The notes beneath the pieces were generated by a model. That model ran no database searches. It worked only from the letters and a program-made list of their open reading frames with translations, and was not told the origin of the DNA. Shown here in pieces: positions 1-12,103 of a stretch of 64,000 nucleotides of DNA. The DNA comes from Protoeuglena noctilucae (taxonomy: Eukaryota): the NCBI GenBank assembly GCA_958009085.1, contig OY253674.1, forward strand, positions 930,001 to 994,000, read 5' to 3'. The position numbers were made by a program, and so were the translations under genes. The first letter of the stretch is position 1. Each line of letters begins with the position of its first letter.

Positions 1-1787
1 GACGGTACCGCAAGGCGGAGGGGGAGCGCGAGACGAGGCAGGAGCTCAACTATGGACAGTTCCTGGAGGCCCTGCATGTCATCGCGGGTGAGCCGCTTGC
101 TGCCTCACCCCCGGCGCCCATGGCCGCACATGCCGGCCCCCGACCGTTCCACGGAGCGCTGTCTGCTGATGCGACCACAGACAAGCGGAGGGAGGGCCTT
201 AGCGACACCATCCGGGCTGTCCTCCGGAGCAAGAAACTGCCAGAGGCCCTCCCAAGCGCCATGGACTTCGTGACCTTCGCCGAGGACGACTACACGCACG
301 AGACGGCGGCAACGCCGCCCGCACTCCGCGGCCCGGGGGACGTGGCTGCCGCTGAGAGCCCGGCCGCTGCGCCGGGGGACCCTACGGCGAATGATGCGGC
401 AGCGGCCGACGAGGCGGCGGCGGCAGGGACCTCGCCGGGCATGACGCAGCTGAGCCTCGGGTACCAGGGCGTCGGCACGGCTCGCTGGCACATGTACCTG
501 CACCCTGACCAGCTCATGCCGTACCTTTACAAGGTGTTCAAGATGTACAGCGTGACCAACGACGCCGGCAGTATCATTGGCCTGGAGTGGATCGGTGAGC
601 ACAGCCGCTGCGTGTTTCGTAAGTAGCCTCTGATTTCTGGGAATCAGTGCCATGACCTCCCCCCTCGCCGTCCCCGCCCTCCGCAGAGATGCAGAGCCTG
701 ATGCGCAACGCGGGCATCGTGGGGACGGGCATGATGACTTTGGCGGAGCTGGAGCGCTTCTACGTCCGCGCCAAGTCGAGCAAGGACGCCTCGATGCACT
801 TCCACCAGTTCATGCAGTGCCTCAAGACACGTGAGGGCTGCTCAGCAGCCTGCTCCGTTGCATGGCCGCCCCGGGTGCAAGCAGCTCCACCTCCCAACCT
901 GTCGCAGTCGCCGCCCATCTGCGTCTCTCCCTCAACGAAGTGGTGGAGCGCCTGGTGGTGCACCTGTACCCACGCGCCATGAGGGTGGAGGTGACGGTGC
1001 ATCCAGGCAGAGTGCGCCGCGTGCACTCGCTAGTATGTTACTGCCATGGCGGTGACACGGTCCTGCGCCCCCGTGTCCTTGCACGCAGGCGTACCAGAAC
1101 AAGGCGGGCCAGCAGAACGTCGCGGACGCGGTGGAGGCCCTGGACACCAGGCTGCCCGTGGTGGCACAGCCACACACAGAGGCCCCGCAGCCACCTGCGT
1201 CGTTCGCGGAGTGGAAAAAGGACCACCCGTCGCAGGCGGGGAAGCACGCCGACGAGGTGGAGTGGGGTACGCGGCAAGCGGAGCTGGACACCACGGCGGC
1301 GGCGGCAAGGGGGGCATCGGAACCTGCTGGCAAGGCGGGGTCGGGTGGAGCGACTGGGGGTGCCGCGGAGCTGTCGACGAAGTCAGGGCCGGCTGCACCG
1401 ACTGCGGCGGGGGCAGCGGAGACTGCTGGCAAGGCTGGGCCTGCTGTGGCTGCGGTGGGAGCCCAGGAGCCTGCTTCCAAGGCAGGGCCAGCCGGAGCAG
1501 CTGCGGGGGGTGCTGCGGCGCCTGCTCCAGCGGCTGGGTCGGCCACTGCTGCGGTGGGAGCCACGGAGGTCGCTCCCAAAGCTGCGGTGGGTGCAACAGA
1601 GGCTGCCCCAAAGGGTGGGCTGGCCACGGCTACGGGGGATGCTGCGGCGCCTGCTCCCACGGCTGGGTCGGCGGCAGCAGCGACAGTGCCCGGCTCCACG
1701 GATGACGCTGCAACCGCGAGCCAAGAATTGCCCGGGACCTCGCCCAACCCCGGCAAGAAGAAGGGCAAGGGCCGCAGGCGGAAGTGA
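1..1787 (+). CDS. p25alpha/TPPP-like domain protein with Ala-rich C-terminal tail (5' end outside window; multi-exon)
   Basis: Spliced exons give ELNYGQFLEALHVIA/DKR and MQSLMRNAGIV...TLAELERFYVRAK...MHFHQFMQCLK, resembling p25alpha helices. GT-AG introns. Ends KKKGKGRRRK-TGA at 1787. Confidence 0.55.
1390..1710 (+). repeat. Degenerate Ala/Gly/Thr-rich coding repeats (AAVGATE(V/A)APK x2; AAAPAP(A/T)AGSA x2)
   Basis: Duplicated nucleotide blocks such as tgctgcggcgcctgctcc at about 1511 and 1640, and gctgcggtggg three times. Confidence 0.7.
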
Positions 1788-1791
1788 CGCT

Positions 1792-2438
1792 TCAATCGGC
1801 CTTACGAGCTCTGCCGCTGCGCTTGAAAAGAGGCTGCCTGTTCCCGGGCTCCGTGCTCCCCCCGAGTCGGGCGAAAAAGCGCCTCAAGAAACCGGGCTGG
1901 CGCCCAGTGCCTCGCGTGGGTGCAGCTGCCCCCGCGGGCCGCTCCGCGGTCCCCCTCGCATCCTACGCGCAAGACAGGAACAACATAGTTCGAATAAACG
2001 CAAGAACGCCCGCGGAAGTCGCTTTTCGAGAGCGTGTGCGCAGGAGCCTCACCAGGGCTGCTCGCCTCCCCTCGCGTGGCACAGCCTCTCCCCCGAGACC
2101 CTCCCGCGCGTCCGATTGTCGAGAGCTAGTAGGCAGGGGTGGCGCGGGGGCCGGGGAGGCGGGTGGCGCGTCGCGAGGTGCATGTCCCGCTGCTGGTGAC
2201 GCCGAAGTATCGACGCTCTCCCCCCCTTGCGCCTGCGATAAATAAGAAAGAGACGCGATGCATGCGTGGAAAGCCAGCCCCTCGCGTGCCGGAGGTCGCG
2301 AGGGAAGCTCACCTGCTGAACAAAGCGCTCAAAACGATAATACACGCCCGAAACGAACTCCGCAACCGCGGCAATGAGGACAAAGACCAGCCCGACAATG
2401 GAGGACAGCCCCGGCGGCTCTGCGGGGCCCTCCCTCAT
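1792..2438 (-). CDS. Unannotated 158-aa single-pass membrane protein, 3 exons (2438-2313, 2232-2053, 1962-1792)
   Basis: Starts MREGPAEPPGLSSIVGLVFVLIAAVAEFVSGVYYRFERFVQQ. Two phase-0 GT-AG introns (80 and 90 nt, gtgag donors) keep the frame open to ...RRFFARLGG...KRSGRARKAD-TGA. Confidence 0.7.
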
Positions 2439-2480
2439 CGTGCAGCGCCCACGCCCTCCCACGCCCTCCCTCTGCAGGAA

Positions 2481-5214
2481 TCAGCCCGTCCGGACGCCCT
2501 TGACCTCGAAATAGTGTGGTGCGAGCTCCGTCAGCCAATCAGATTGGATGCTGACGACTCCCTCCATCTCGTAAACCCTGCGCCACGGTCAGTCCGCTAT
2601 GGTCAGATGCCAGCCCATGCCACCGCCTCGCTCGCCCGCCACAGCCAGCGCGCTCACCCGGGGAGCGTCTGCACCGCGTTCGTGAACACCACCCACTGCG
2701 GCTGGCACCCGTGCAGGACCGACCCCTTGCCGATGCGGAGCACGGGCATCCGGGCCCCCAGCGCCGCCTGACCCCGCACGAGCCGGTAGGGCGGCCCGTG
2801 CGTCTGCCCCGCGTCCGGCGCGCCCTCCTCCTGGATCACCGCGGCGTTGGCGAAGAACCCCGCCGCCATCGCCCGGCACACGTCGTCCACCGACGCGTCC
2901 TGGGGCCTCACGTCCAAGCCCAGGCGCACCATGTGCCTGTGCGGGCGGGCGCGCGAGTGAAGCGTGAGCTGCGCGAGGGGCGGGAAGGCGCGGGAGGCGC
3001 AGCGGCTGGGCCTCACCGCTTCACTTGCGCGCGGATGTCGGCGACGCGCAGCAAAGCCTTGTGGCTGATGCCCACGCTGTGCGCGAACTTGGGGCGCCGC
3101 CCAGAGCGCTCCCACGCCTCGTAGACGTTCAGCGCAGTGACGAGGTCCCCTTCTGCCACGCGGAACCGGGCCCTGGCCTTCTCAGTCGCGGCCCCGCGCT
3201 GGGCCGCCCATATCGTGTCCACCCCCAGCACAGCCGCGACCGTGCACATCTCCTCGGCGCATCCGTGCTCCGCCGCCCAAAGCAGGCTCCGCGCCACCAT
3301 GGGCCCCACGGGCATCTCAGCCATCCGCACCCCGTCCGGCTTGGCCAAAGCGCCCTCCTTGTCCAGCGCCCCCAGGCTGTAGAGCGTCTCCAGCGCGCGG
3401 ACCATCGACTGCGATTGGAGGCGAGCGCAAGTGCGTCATGGGGCTTCTTCCATGCACCCGCTGTGCACCGTGCCACGCACGCCCTCCCATGCCCATTCCT
3501 CACCTCGGCGGGAGGGGCCGAGAGCCAAGGGAACCGGACGATGTCATCGACGCCGAGCATCTTGAGGTGAAGGACAGCTCCAGAGAGCTCCGCTCGCTGC
3601 ACCTCTGGGACGGAGGCGGCGGGAAGGGCCAGGAAGTCGCTCTCGGTGCAGAGGCGGAAGCAGTGGCCGGGGCGGACGCGGCCGGCGCGACCGGCTCGCT
3701 GCTGCGCAGACTGTTTGCTCGCGGGGGATACGACGAGGGACTCGAGTCCCGCCACCGGGTTGTAGACGCGCTGCTTGGCGAAGCAGCAGTCGACGACAAA
3801 GACGACGCCCTCGATGGTCACGCTCGTCTCGGCCACGTTCGTCGCCACCACGCACTTGCGCCACCCGCGGCGGGGGGGCTCCAGGCACGCCATCTGCTGC
3901 GGCCCCGGCAGGCCCCCGTACAGTGGCAGGGCTTGCAGCTGCAGGCCCTCGCCCCCCTGGTTGTGCGTGCGGCCCGACTGCTGTCGGATGGACGCCACCG
4001 CCGTCTCGCACTCCTCCTGCCCCGTCAGAAACACCAGGATGTCCCCCGGGGTCCCCTCCCTGCGAGCGGCGCCAGTGCGAGCCTGTCACCGGTCACCCCT
4101 CCCTCGGTAGTGGCCCATGGAACCCTCGTCGACGAGCCCGCTTCCTACCTGTGTATCTTGAGCACCGTCTCGACTGCGGCGCGCACGTAGTCGGAGCAGG
4201 GCTCTTGCAGGTAATGCACCTGCACGTCGTGGAGGCGCCCCTCCACCGACAGCACCGCCGCCTCCCCGTGCACTCGCCACCCCGCCGCAGCGTCGCTGTC
4301 CCACCGAGACCGCTTCGCACGCGGCTCCCCGGCGCCCCCTGCGCCCTCCCCGCCCGCCTTGGCCCGCGTGAGCTCTGCGGGCGCCCTCCCCGGTCCCCAG
4401 GGCTGCCGGAAGAAGTCCGCGAACGCCTCCGCCTGGATGGTGGCGCTGGACACAACGATGCGGAGCTGCGGGCGCCTCCGCTGCGCGCGCCTCAGCAGGC
4501 CCAGCAACAGGTCGGTGGCCAGGGACCGCTCGTGAGCCTCGTCCACCACCACGACGCTGTAGCGAGTGAGGAGCGGGTCGCGGAGCATCTCCCGCAGGAG
4601 CACGCCGTCCGTGACGAACTTGAGCGCCGTGAGGCCCTCCGTGGAGACGTCCTCAAAGCGAATGGCGTAGCCCACCTCGTGCCCCAGGCGACACCCGACC
4701 TCCTCCGCCACGCGCTGGGCGACGGACATGACCGCGATGCGCCTGCGAGAGCGGGGACGCAGCGCTCTCGGCGCAGGGGCGCTGCGGAAGAGACGCAGGC
4801 GGGCACAGAGCACAGGCGTGGCACCTGGGCTGGGTGCAAACCACGCAGCGCCCGCCGTCCGTCCATCCCGCCTCCCGTAGGTACTGCGGGACCTGCGTGG
4901 TCTTCCCCGAACCCGTCTCGCCGATCAGGACCACCGTCGAATGGTTCTCGACCAAGTAAAGGATCTCTGACCTGCGGGGGTGGGCAGTCACATGCTGCAG
5001 GCGATTTTTTGGAATCTGCGGCGCACCGCCTTCTCGCAGCGCACCTGCAGGAGTAAATAGGCAGCCGCTTGCGCCTCTCGGCGATGGAGAGGCGCTCGTT
5101 GGGGTCGTAGGCGTTGCGAACGAACGCCGTCCTGTCTGCGTCGGCGTCCACGTCGTAGGCAACGCCCAGGGACTGCTTGACCAGCGTCCCCGGGCGGAGG
5201 AAGCCTGTCGCCAT
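2481..5214 (-). CDS. DHX35: DEAH-box RNA helicase, DHX35-like (7 exons)
   Basis: [33 protein letters not shown] and QRAGRAGR motifs; C-terminal [10 protein letters not shown]; six GT-AG introns. Confidence 0.9.
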
Positions 5215-5550
5215 GACTGTTGCAAAGAATCAAGCCACGATCGCCGCTGGCGGGCCTCGGGGGGGCAGGCACACTGGCCCTGGCCTTTCCTGTGGCAAAC
5301 AATCCCCGATGGCGGGCCAGCGACCGTCAACGTGCGATGTCGCATTGTATCATTGGAATGTGGGGCCTGTTGTTCCCTCTTCCACGCGTAGGGCTGCCTC
5401 CAATTGCCCCGACACGCAAGAAGTCTTCTGAAGATGGTAGCGTCAAATCTCTTCCAAAAGCTCCTGCTCGTCCCACTTAGTGAGCTCGTCCGAAACGCTG
5501 AAGAGCTATTGAGGGCAGCAGATCCACTGAGAGCGTGATTAGGCCGCTCT

Positions 5551-5875
5551 ATGTGGGGCGTGGTGGCTGCAATCACTGCTGGGGCTGTTGCGCTCACCAT
5601 CGCGTCCGAGAAGCTTGGCGCCCTGGTGAAGGGAAAGGACAGCTCGCCGCAGCCCAAGGAAGGAGGGAGCAAGGAGCGACTGCACCTCCCCAGCGGCGAC
5701 GGCAGCTTAAAGCCGTCGCAAACGCGCTTCACGGTGAGCGTGCGACCGTGCAAAGCGCGCATGTGGAATCTTTGTCACAAGCAGCGATTCATCCGGAAAG
5801 CACGAGCCCTCGCTTGTGGCGCAGGCTCCGCTGTGGCGCGTTGCGCGCTCTGCGCTAAAGAGGACGCCCAAGTGA
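5551..5875 (+). CDS. 77-aa small protein with hydrophobic N-terminus (exons 5551-5733, 5825-5875); candidate ORF1 of a bicistronic mRNA
   Basis: MWGVVAAITAGAVALTIASEKLG... with a phase-0 gtgag...gcag intron of 91 nt, then APLWRVARSALKRTPK-TGA ending 1 nt before the next ATG. Confidence 0.65.
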
Positions 5876-5876
5876 C

Positions 5877-8286
5877 ATGGCGCACGCGGCCTTTGCGGCG
5901 CTGGCCCGCGCGTCACATTGTGTTACGGGAGAGGGTCGTCATTTTGCCAGCGGTTCCTCCCCGCGAGTGGCATGTGCGCGGCCCCACCCGCTATCCACGA
6001 GCAAGAGCGGGGCCGGGCGCGGAGAGCTGGCCGTCGCCGCCGCCGCTCCCCTCCCGGCGGCTCTTTCGGTCCGTCTGGACCTTGCGCGCTCGCTGGGCAG
6101 GCTCGATTTGTCCGACTCCGGGCTGGAGGAGCTCCCCGAGGAGGTGCTGGAGCTCACCAGCTTGGAGGAGCTCAGTTTATCGGGCAACCGGCTGGAAGAG
6201 GTGCGAGGAGTTGCTGCATGTGCCTCGTGCAATCAGCATAGCGACTGCATGTCGCGGAATGCGGCTTGCACCCACCCCGCCCCCTGCAGCTTCCCGACGG
6301 CATCAGTCGCCTCACCGCCCTCCGCAAGCTGGGCTTGGCCGGGAACCGCCTGCGGCGCATCCCCGACAGCATCGGAGCTCTGCGCCACCTCGAGGGCCTG
6401 TGGCTCCATGGCAATTGCCTCGCGGTGCTGCCAGAGACCGTCGGGTCCCTCACGTCACTGCAAGCGGTCAACCTGTCAGGGAATTTCCTCCAGCAGGTAA
6501 GCGAGCGCGAGTGAGCACCACCGTTAAGGGTGCATCTTTGCTCCTGGTCAGCACGGCACGGCACGGCACGTATGTTTGCACCCCTTGTGAGATGCGGGGC
6601 GCTTGCCGTGCCACACAGATTCCATCGTCGCTGGCGAGACTGCCCCGTCTCGACTCCCTGGGCTTGGCCGGAAACGACCTGGCGAGCCTCCCGGACGACT
6701 TCGGCTCTCTTGGTGCCCTGTCGGCCTTATCCTTACATGGCAACCGCCTCTGGAGCCTCCCTGCGACGTTTGGGGCGCTCAAGAACTTGCAGGCGAGCGG
6801 CATGGGCGGTGTTGCGCTCGCCGGGTGCGGTGTGGTATACACACGCTCGCATGCATGTGATGGCGCGACCTGCGTCACACGTCCGCAGTCCGTGTCATTA
6901 CAAGGCAACGCCCTGGGCCACCTCCCAGACGACCTGTCGGGTCTCACATCGCTGACGTCTCTCAACGTCGCCGACAACGACGCCCTCGCCTCCCTGCCCC
7001 CGTCCCTCTTCACCCTCCCCTCCCTCGCCTCTGTCGTCGCCTACGGCTGCCGCATCCGTGACGTCCCACCCCACACCCTGGCTGCCCCCGCCCTCCGCTA
7101 CCTGTGGCTCGAGGGCAACCCTCTCTCACCCCAGGCCCTCGCCGCCCTCGCACCCTCCACCCCGCCCACACGCGCCCTCAAGGCTGTTGGGCTCGACTCC
7201 AGCCAGGCGGCAGGGCTGGGACCCAACGGCCTCCCTCCCCACGTGCGCGTGTCCTCTTTAATCCAAGCGCCGTCGGGGATGCGGCACGGGTACCTGAAGA
7301 TCACCCCGGCGCCCGGGCTGGCACCCGGCGCGCCCGGCACAGGCCGCGCGCTCGTCGTCGCGTTCGGCTCTGCGCCCGGGGACCCCAACTGGGGCGGGGT
7401 GCTGTCGCGCGTGCGGGGGCAGATGGAGGCGCGGGGTGCGCCGGGCGCCGACTTCGACGTGATGTTCGTGGTGGACGCGCGGCGGTGCTGGTACGACGGT
7501 GCGGGTGGTGGCCTGGAGCATTACCGAGGGGCGGTGGAGCGGGCCGTGCGTGAGGGCGGATACCGGGGCGCGGTGCTGCTGGGGGACTCGATGGGGGCGT
7601 CCGCGGCGCTGATGCTCGCCGACCTCGCCCGCTCTGTGCTCGCCTTCACGCCCCAGGTCGACCTCAGCTCGTGCTCCATCCGACCGGGCCGGGACCAGGT
7701 GGGTCGCGGGCTGGCGGCTTATATACACATGTGTGGCCGCATGTCGCCTGCAGAGGCGCTACATCTTCGTACCCCACCCTCTGTTGCTGTTCCGGACCTG
7801 TCCTTTGGCCCCCCCGCTACTCATGCAGGCGTGGTTGTCGAAGCTGCGCGAGGTGGTGCGCTCGTCCGTGGGGAGGGCCGTTGAGGCCGGCGTCGACGTC
7901 CGTGTGCTGACGGGGTCCTGGCAGCATGACCTCGACCAAGCACGGCAGCTGGAGGACATCCCAGGCGTGCAAGTCAAGGTGACGCGGCAGGTTGCGGGGC
8001 ATGAACAACACGTGTGCTCTCTTGCTGACGCACCTGTTGCGAGGTCGAGATCGTGTCCCAGCAGCTGAGCAGCACCGATGGCAAGCATGTTGCTGTCAAA
8101 GCGATGCTGTCGCTCACGACCGTGACCCCTTCTCTTCTGCTTGTCCAGGTCTTTTCGCTGGACTCCCACCGCCTGGCTCATTACCTGGACTCCCAAGGGC
8201 GCCTGGCAGCCATCGTCGAGGAGGGCATTGCCGCGGCGCTGGGGATGCGTAGCCCCACCGCTGTCCGCCTCACCAACTTGCTGTGA
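5877..8286 (+). CDS. Leucine-rich-repeat protein fused to an alpha/beta-hydrolase-like domain; probable organellar transit peptide
   Basis: Many LxxLxLxGNxLxxLP repeats, then a VLLGDSMGASAAL (GxSxG) elbow and a C-terminal DSHRLA. Five introns, one GC-AG (6793-6888). Confidence 0.8.
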
Positions 8287-8439
8287 GGTAGAGTTGAGGA
8301 GACTGCACAGATATGCGCGATTCAAATCAAAGTCACTAGTAGGCGAAAGGCAAGGGCGGCTGCCGCTGTCTCTTGTGACACGTGTTGTCGATGGATGGCC
8401 TGTAGGTGAACCATCGCACATCCCCTGATGGCACACCCC

Positions 8440-10829
8440 TCACTCGGGCACCGCGGCCCCGTACTTCGCGTGCCTCACGACGAGCCAGTCCCCGTCGCGC
8501 ACGTCGTACCACCGGGAGAGCCGCAGCCCGGGGCACTCGAGCGGCTCCTCGGCCGACGCGTCCCCCCGCGGACGCCACGACACCTGCAGGAAGCCCGGGG
8601 CCACCCCGCACCGCGCGCTGACACGCAGAACCAGCTCCATGACTTTCCACTCCGTGCGGACCACCATGGCCACCTCGTCCTGCCCAAACAGGTCCAGCGT
8701 CACCGTCGCCTCCTCGGGCGGCGGGCTCAGGTCCACATCTGCCAGCGGGGCCAGCTCTCCATGCGTCTCGACCAGTTCCCAGTACCGGCGGGGCTTGTGG
8801 TCCATGCCATGCCAGTACCTGGAAGCGTCGGGTCACGGACAGTGTGGTATGGCAGACGGATCAAGCTCAGCACGGCCCCCACTCAGTGACAGCATTGCGA
8901 TCCCAGCTGAAACGGCCTGTACCTGAGGGAACAACGTGCTTACCTGACGGCAGCCCGCTCGGCCGCTTGGCGCTCGCCGTCCAGCACCCGCGAGCCGTTG
9001 ATGGTGGCGACGTGCGGGAGCGCAGCCACCAGGAGCTTGAAGGCGTCTTGCTCGGGCAGCGAGCGCGCGAGGGGGGTGCCCTGCACTCTCACGTCACGCA
9101 GGGACTGCGGGGGTGGAACAGAGAGCCGATGAAGAGAACATGCTGCTAGCCAGTTCAGCGACAAAGACGTAAGTCACGGTTGGTTCCAACGCCCCGTTCG
9201 CCGTTCGCAGCCACCGCCTCTCACCGGCAGGCACCGCAGGCAGTCCAGCTCCTCCAAAGCAGCGATGGCCGTGTCGGAGAGGAACAGCGATTGCAGCTGT
9301 GGGAAGAGGCCCCGTGTGGCAGACAGGGGCGCCTCGTGGGGGGTGGCACTGGGACCTGCGACCTCGGGCTCCCCACCGCCCACCCCCGCCCCGACCGGCC
9401 GCGTGGCGCCGCCGTCGTCGCCGCTCATGGGGCTGCCCACGCGCACGTCCGTCGCCCAGTCCTCATCCGCCTCTGCCCCACGCGGGCCCTTGGCATGCGC
9501 GTGTGTCGCGTCCCCCGGTGTCCCCACCTCCTCCGCCATCTCCGCCGGCACTGACACGGGCGCGGCGCCGGCCATCCACGCGTGCTCGTCCCACGCCGCC
9601 GCCAGCGCGGTCTCCTCTTCGAACCCCGCCGTGGTAAGGGGGTTGCCCCCAAGGGACAGGACCCGGAGCCCCGGGAGGCGCCCGAGGGGCACCGCCTCCC
9701 GCAGCGAGGCAAGGGCATTGTCGTTGAAGAAGAGCGTGTGGAGGCGAGGCGGCAGGGACTCTGCCAAGTCACGCACCTCGCGCTCTCCCTGGAGGCCGTT
9801 GGCGCAGAAGTGGAGCTCGGACAGGGCGGGCAGCCGCCGGAGCCACCGCGCGGCCAGCCAGGCGGGGAGGGCGGTGCCGGAGAGGCGCAGGTGCGAGAGG
9901 GAGGCGAGGCTCGGGAGGGCGTTGATCTGGTCTGCCTCACGGGGGCCGGCGTCGCTGTCACGCGAGGCGGGGGGGTCAGGGACGAGGGCGTTGTTGGACA
10001 TGGCGAGGAACGTGAGGGAGGGGGTGTGGGCGAGGATGGCTGCGATGTCGGCCACGCCCAGGAAGAGGTTGTCGCTGAGGTCCAGGGAGGTGAGGTTGGA
10101 CACGAAGGGCGCCACGGAGGGCATGTCCCCGGCCAGGGCGATGCGCTTGCCGGACATGATGGCCTGCAGGGGTGGGAGCGAGCTGGGCCTGAGGGACGGG
10201 GGTTCTGCGAGGCACCAGCCCCAACTGTCGCACTGTCGGGGCACTGTCGGGGCCTTGCCTGCGTCATGTTGGTGATGTCCCGGGGGTTCAGGATCTTAAT
10301 GTGCTTGTACTCGTCCTCGCTCGCTGCGTAAACGCACGACAGCAAGTCCCGTTGCACATCATCAGGCGCAGGCCCGGCATCAAGTCCGACGCGCCCACGC
10401 CCGCATCAAAGCCCCTCACTGTTGTATCGCTGGAGGAACTCATGGGCGAAGGTGGTGCCCAGGAGGACCTTGCCCGGGCGAACGAACGACCCCGACCCAG
10501 CGCGCACGCAGTGGAAGCGGCGCACGCCGTCCAGGGTCCCATCGTGCGTACCCCTCGCCGGGTCGTCCCTGCAAGGCACAGCAGCTGCCCTATCCGCAAC
10601 GAAACGAAGCAGCCGCTTTGACCGCATCGAAGCAGAGCAACTACCCTATCCGCATCGCGCGGGGCAAGTCGAGGCAGCGAATGTTGTCGCCGTTGACTGA
10701 CCATTCGACGCCGAGCCAGAGCCCGGCGAGCTTGCCATCGCCGAGCTCTCCCTCGAAACGAACAGTGCCCTTGTATAGGTTGTCCGAAGAAACGACGCGG
10801 GCCCCCAGCCAGCTCGACTGCGTCGCCAT
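8440..10829 (-). CDS. TBCE: Tubulin-folding cofactor E (CAP-Gly, LRR, Ubl)
   Basis: CAP-Gly motif GTVRFEG...WLGVEW/DDPARGTHDG, LRR core, LRR-cap INGSRVLDGERQAAER, C-terminal ubiquitin-like LSRWYDVRDGD. Confidence 0.88.
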
Positions 10830-11172
10830 CGTGAAAAGCGTGGACTCCTGGCTACTAGCGCACCGCGCAGAGCATCCTTGATTCAGCAGCGGTGCGCGAA
10901 TGATGGTCTTTTTGATTGGTTGCGGCGCGTGAGAAGCAGCTTGGGCCAGCGAAACACCAGTTTTGCGCCAGGGGGATTCTGCGAGAGTAAAATCCGCCGG
11001 GGGCACGAGCTCTGAAATCAAATCTGCCGCTCCTGAAGCGCGAGAACACACAAGCGGCGCACAGTGCTTGCGAGGGTACAAGCAGTTAACAGAGCCGCTG
11101 CCCTGCGTGCACATCAGCTGCGTACACGCACATCGCCGCGCGCGGCATGGATGGGAAGGGGGGCGTGAAGGC

Positions 11173-12053
11173 ATGGCGAAGCTTTACAGGCAGCTCAGGT
11201 GAGGCATCGGGGCGCGCTTCCGCGTCCCCCAGGATCAGCGAAGGGTTTGCGGGCGCCCGCCGCGTCTCAGCGCTCGCTCCCCTCGTCCTCGGCGCCTCCA
11301 GTGTGCCTGTGACGACGTATGTGGACCGGAATTTCCTGAAGAGGGGCAACACGCGGGGGAATTACTTGGAGGCCTTGCGGAAGTCCACGACCGTGTACGT
11401 GGGCAACCTCAGCTTCTACACGAGCGAGGATCAGATTTACGAGATATTCTCCAAATGCGGGGACATTCGGCGGATCATCATGGGCCTGGACAAGTTCCAG
11501 TCGACCCCGTGCGGCTTCTGCTTCGTGCTCTTCTACACGCGGGAGGACACGGAGCACGCGGTCAAGTACCTCAACGGCACGGTGCTCGACGGGCGCATCA
11601 TCCGCGTGGACATCGACTGGGGATTCGAGGAGGGGCGCCAGTACGGTGCGGGCACGCACTGCGTCTCCCCTCTCCCCTGCACGCCGCCCCCGGTGGCCCG
11701 CGCCTCGCCTCAGCTTGCCCGCTTCAGCGTCCTGCGTTTCGTCCACGCAGGGCGGGGTCGCTCGGGCGGACAAGTGCGTGACGAGCTGCGGGACGACTAC
11801 GACGCGGACCGGGGCGGCTGGGGCAGGATTGTCGAGGATGAGATGACCGCGGAATACGTGAGTGCTGGCTGCGAGTGAATGTTGTCTCCGATGCGGGTCA
11901 CGGGCTCGGCAAACGGCCTTTGGCGAGCTGGGCTCAGCGCCTGCTCTGTGACGGGTGCAGGGGTTCGAGTACGAGGGGCGGGGGAGGAGGAAGCGGCACG
12001 CTGACCGGGACGAGGACGGGGGCGAGGACACGCGGAAGCGGCAGCGGGACTGA
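11173..12053 (+). CDS. CBP20: Nuclear cap-binding protein subunit 2 (CBP20)
   Basis: [44 protein letters not shown]; three GT-AG introns. Confidence 0.95.
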
Positions 12054-12103
12054 CGAGCATCATAGGCTTTTTAAAGTTCTAACGCTAGCGACACGACGCG
12101 CGC

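Noticed and set aside
2481..2483. DHX35 TGA as selenocysteine
   Set aside because: It falls at the normal DHX35 C-terminus, and no SECIS-like element was recognisable by eye.
5551..7884. 777-aa ORF from the track as a single protein
   Set aside because: It runs through introns and out-of-frame exons. The first LRRs lie in other frames, and splicing resolves the region into two ORFs.
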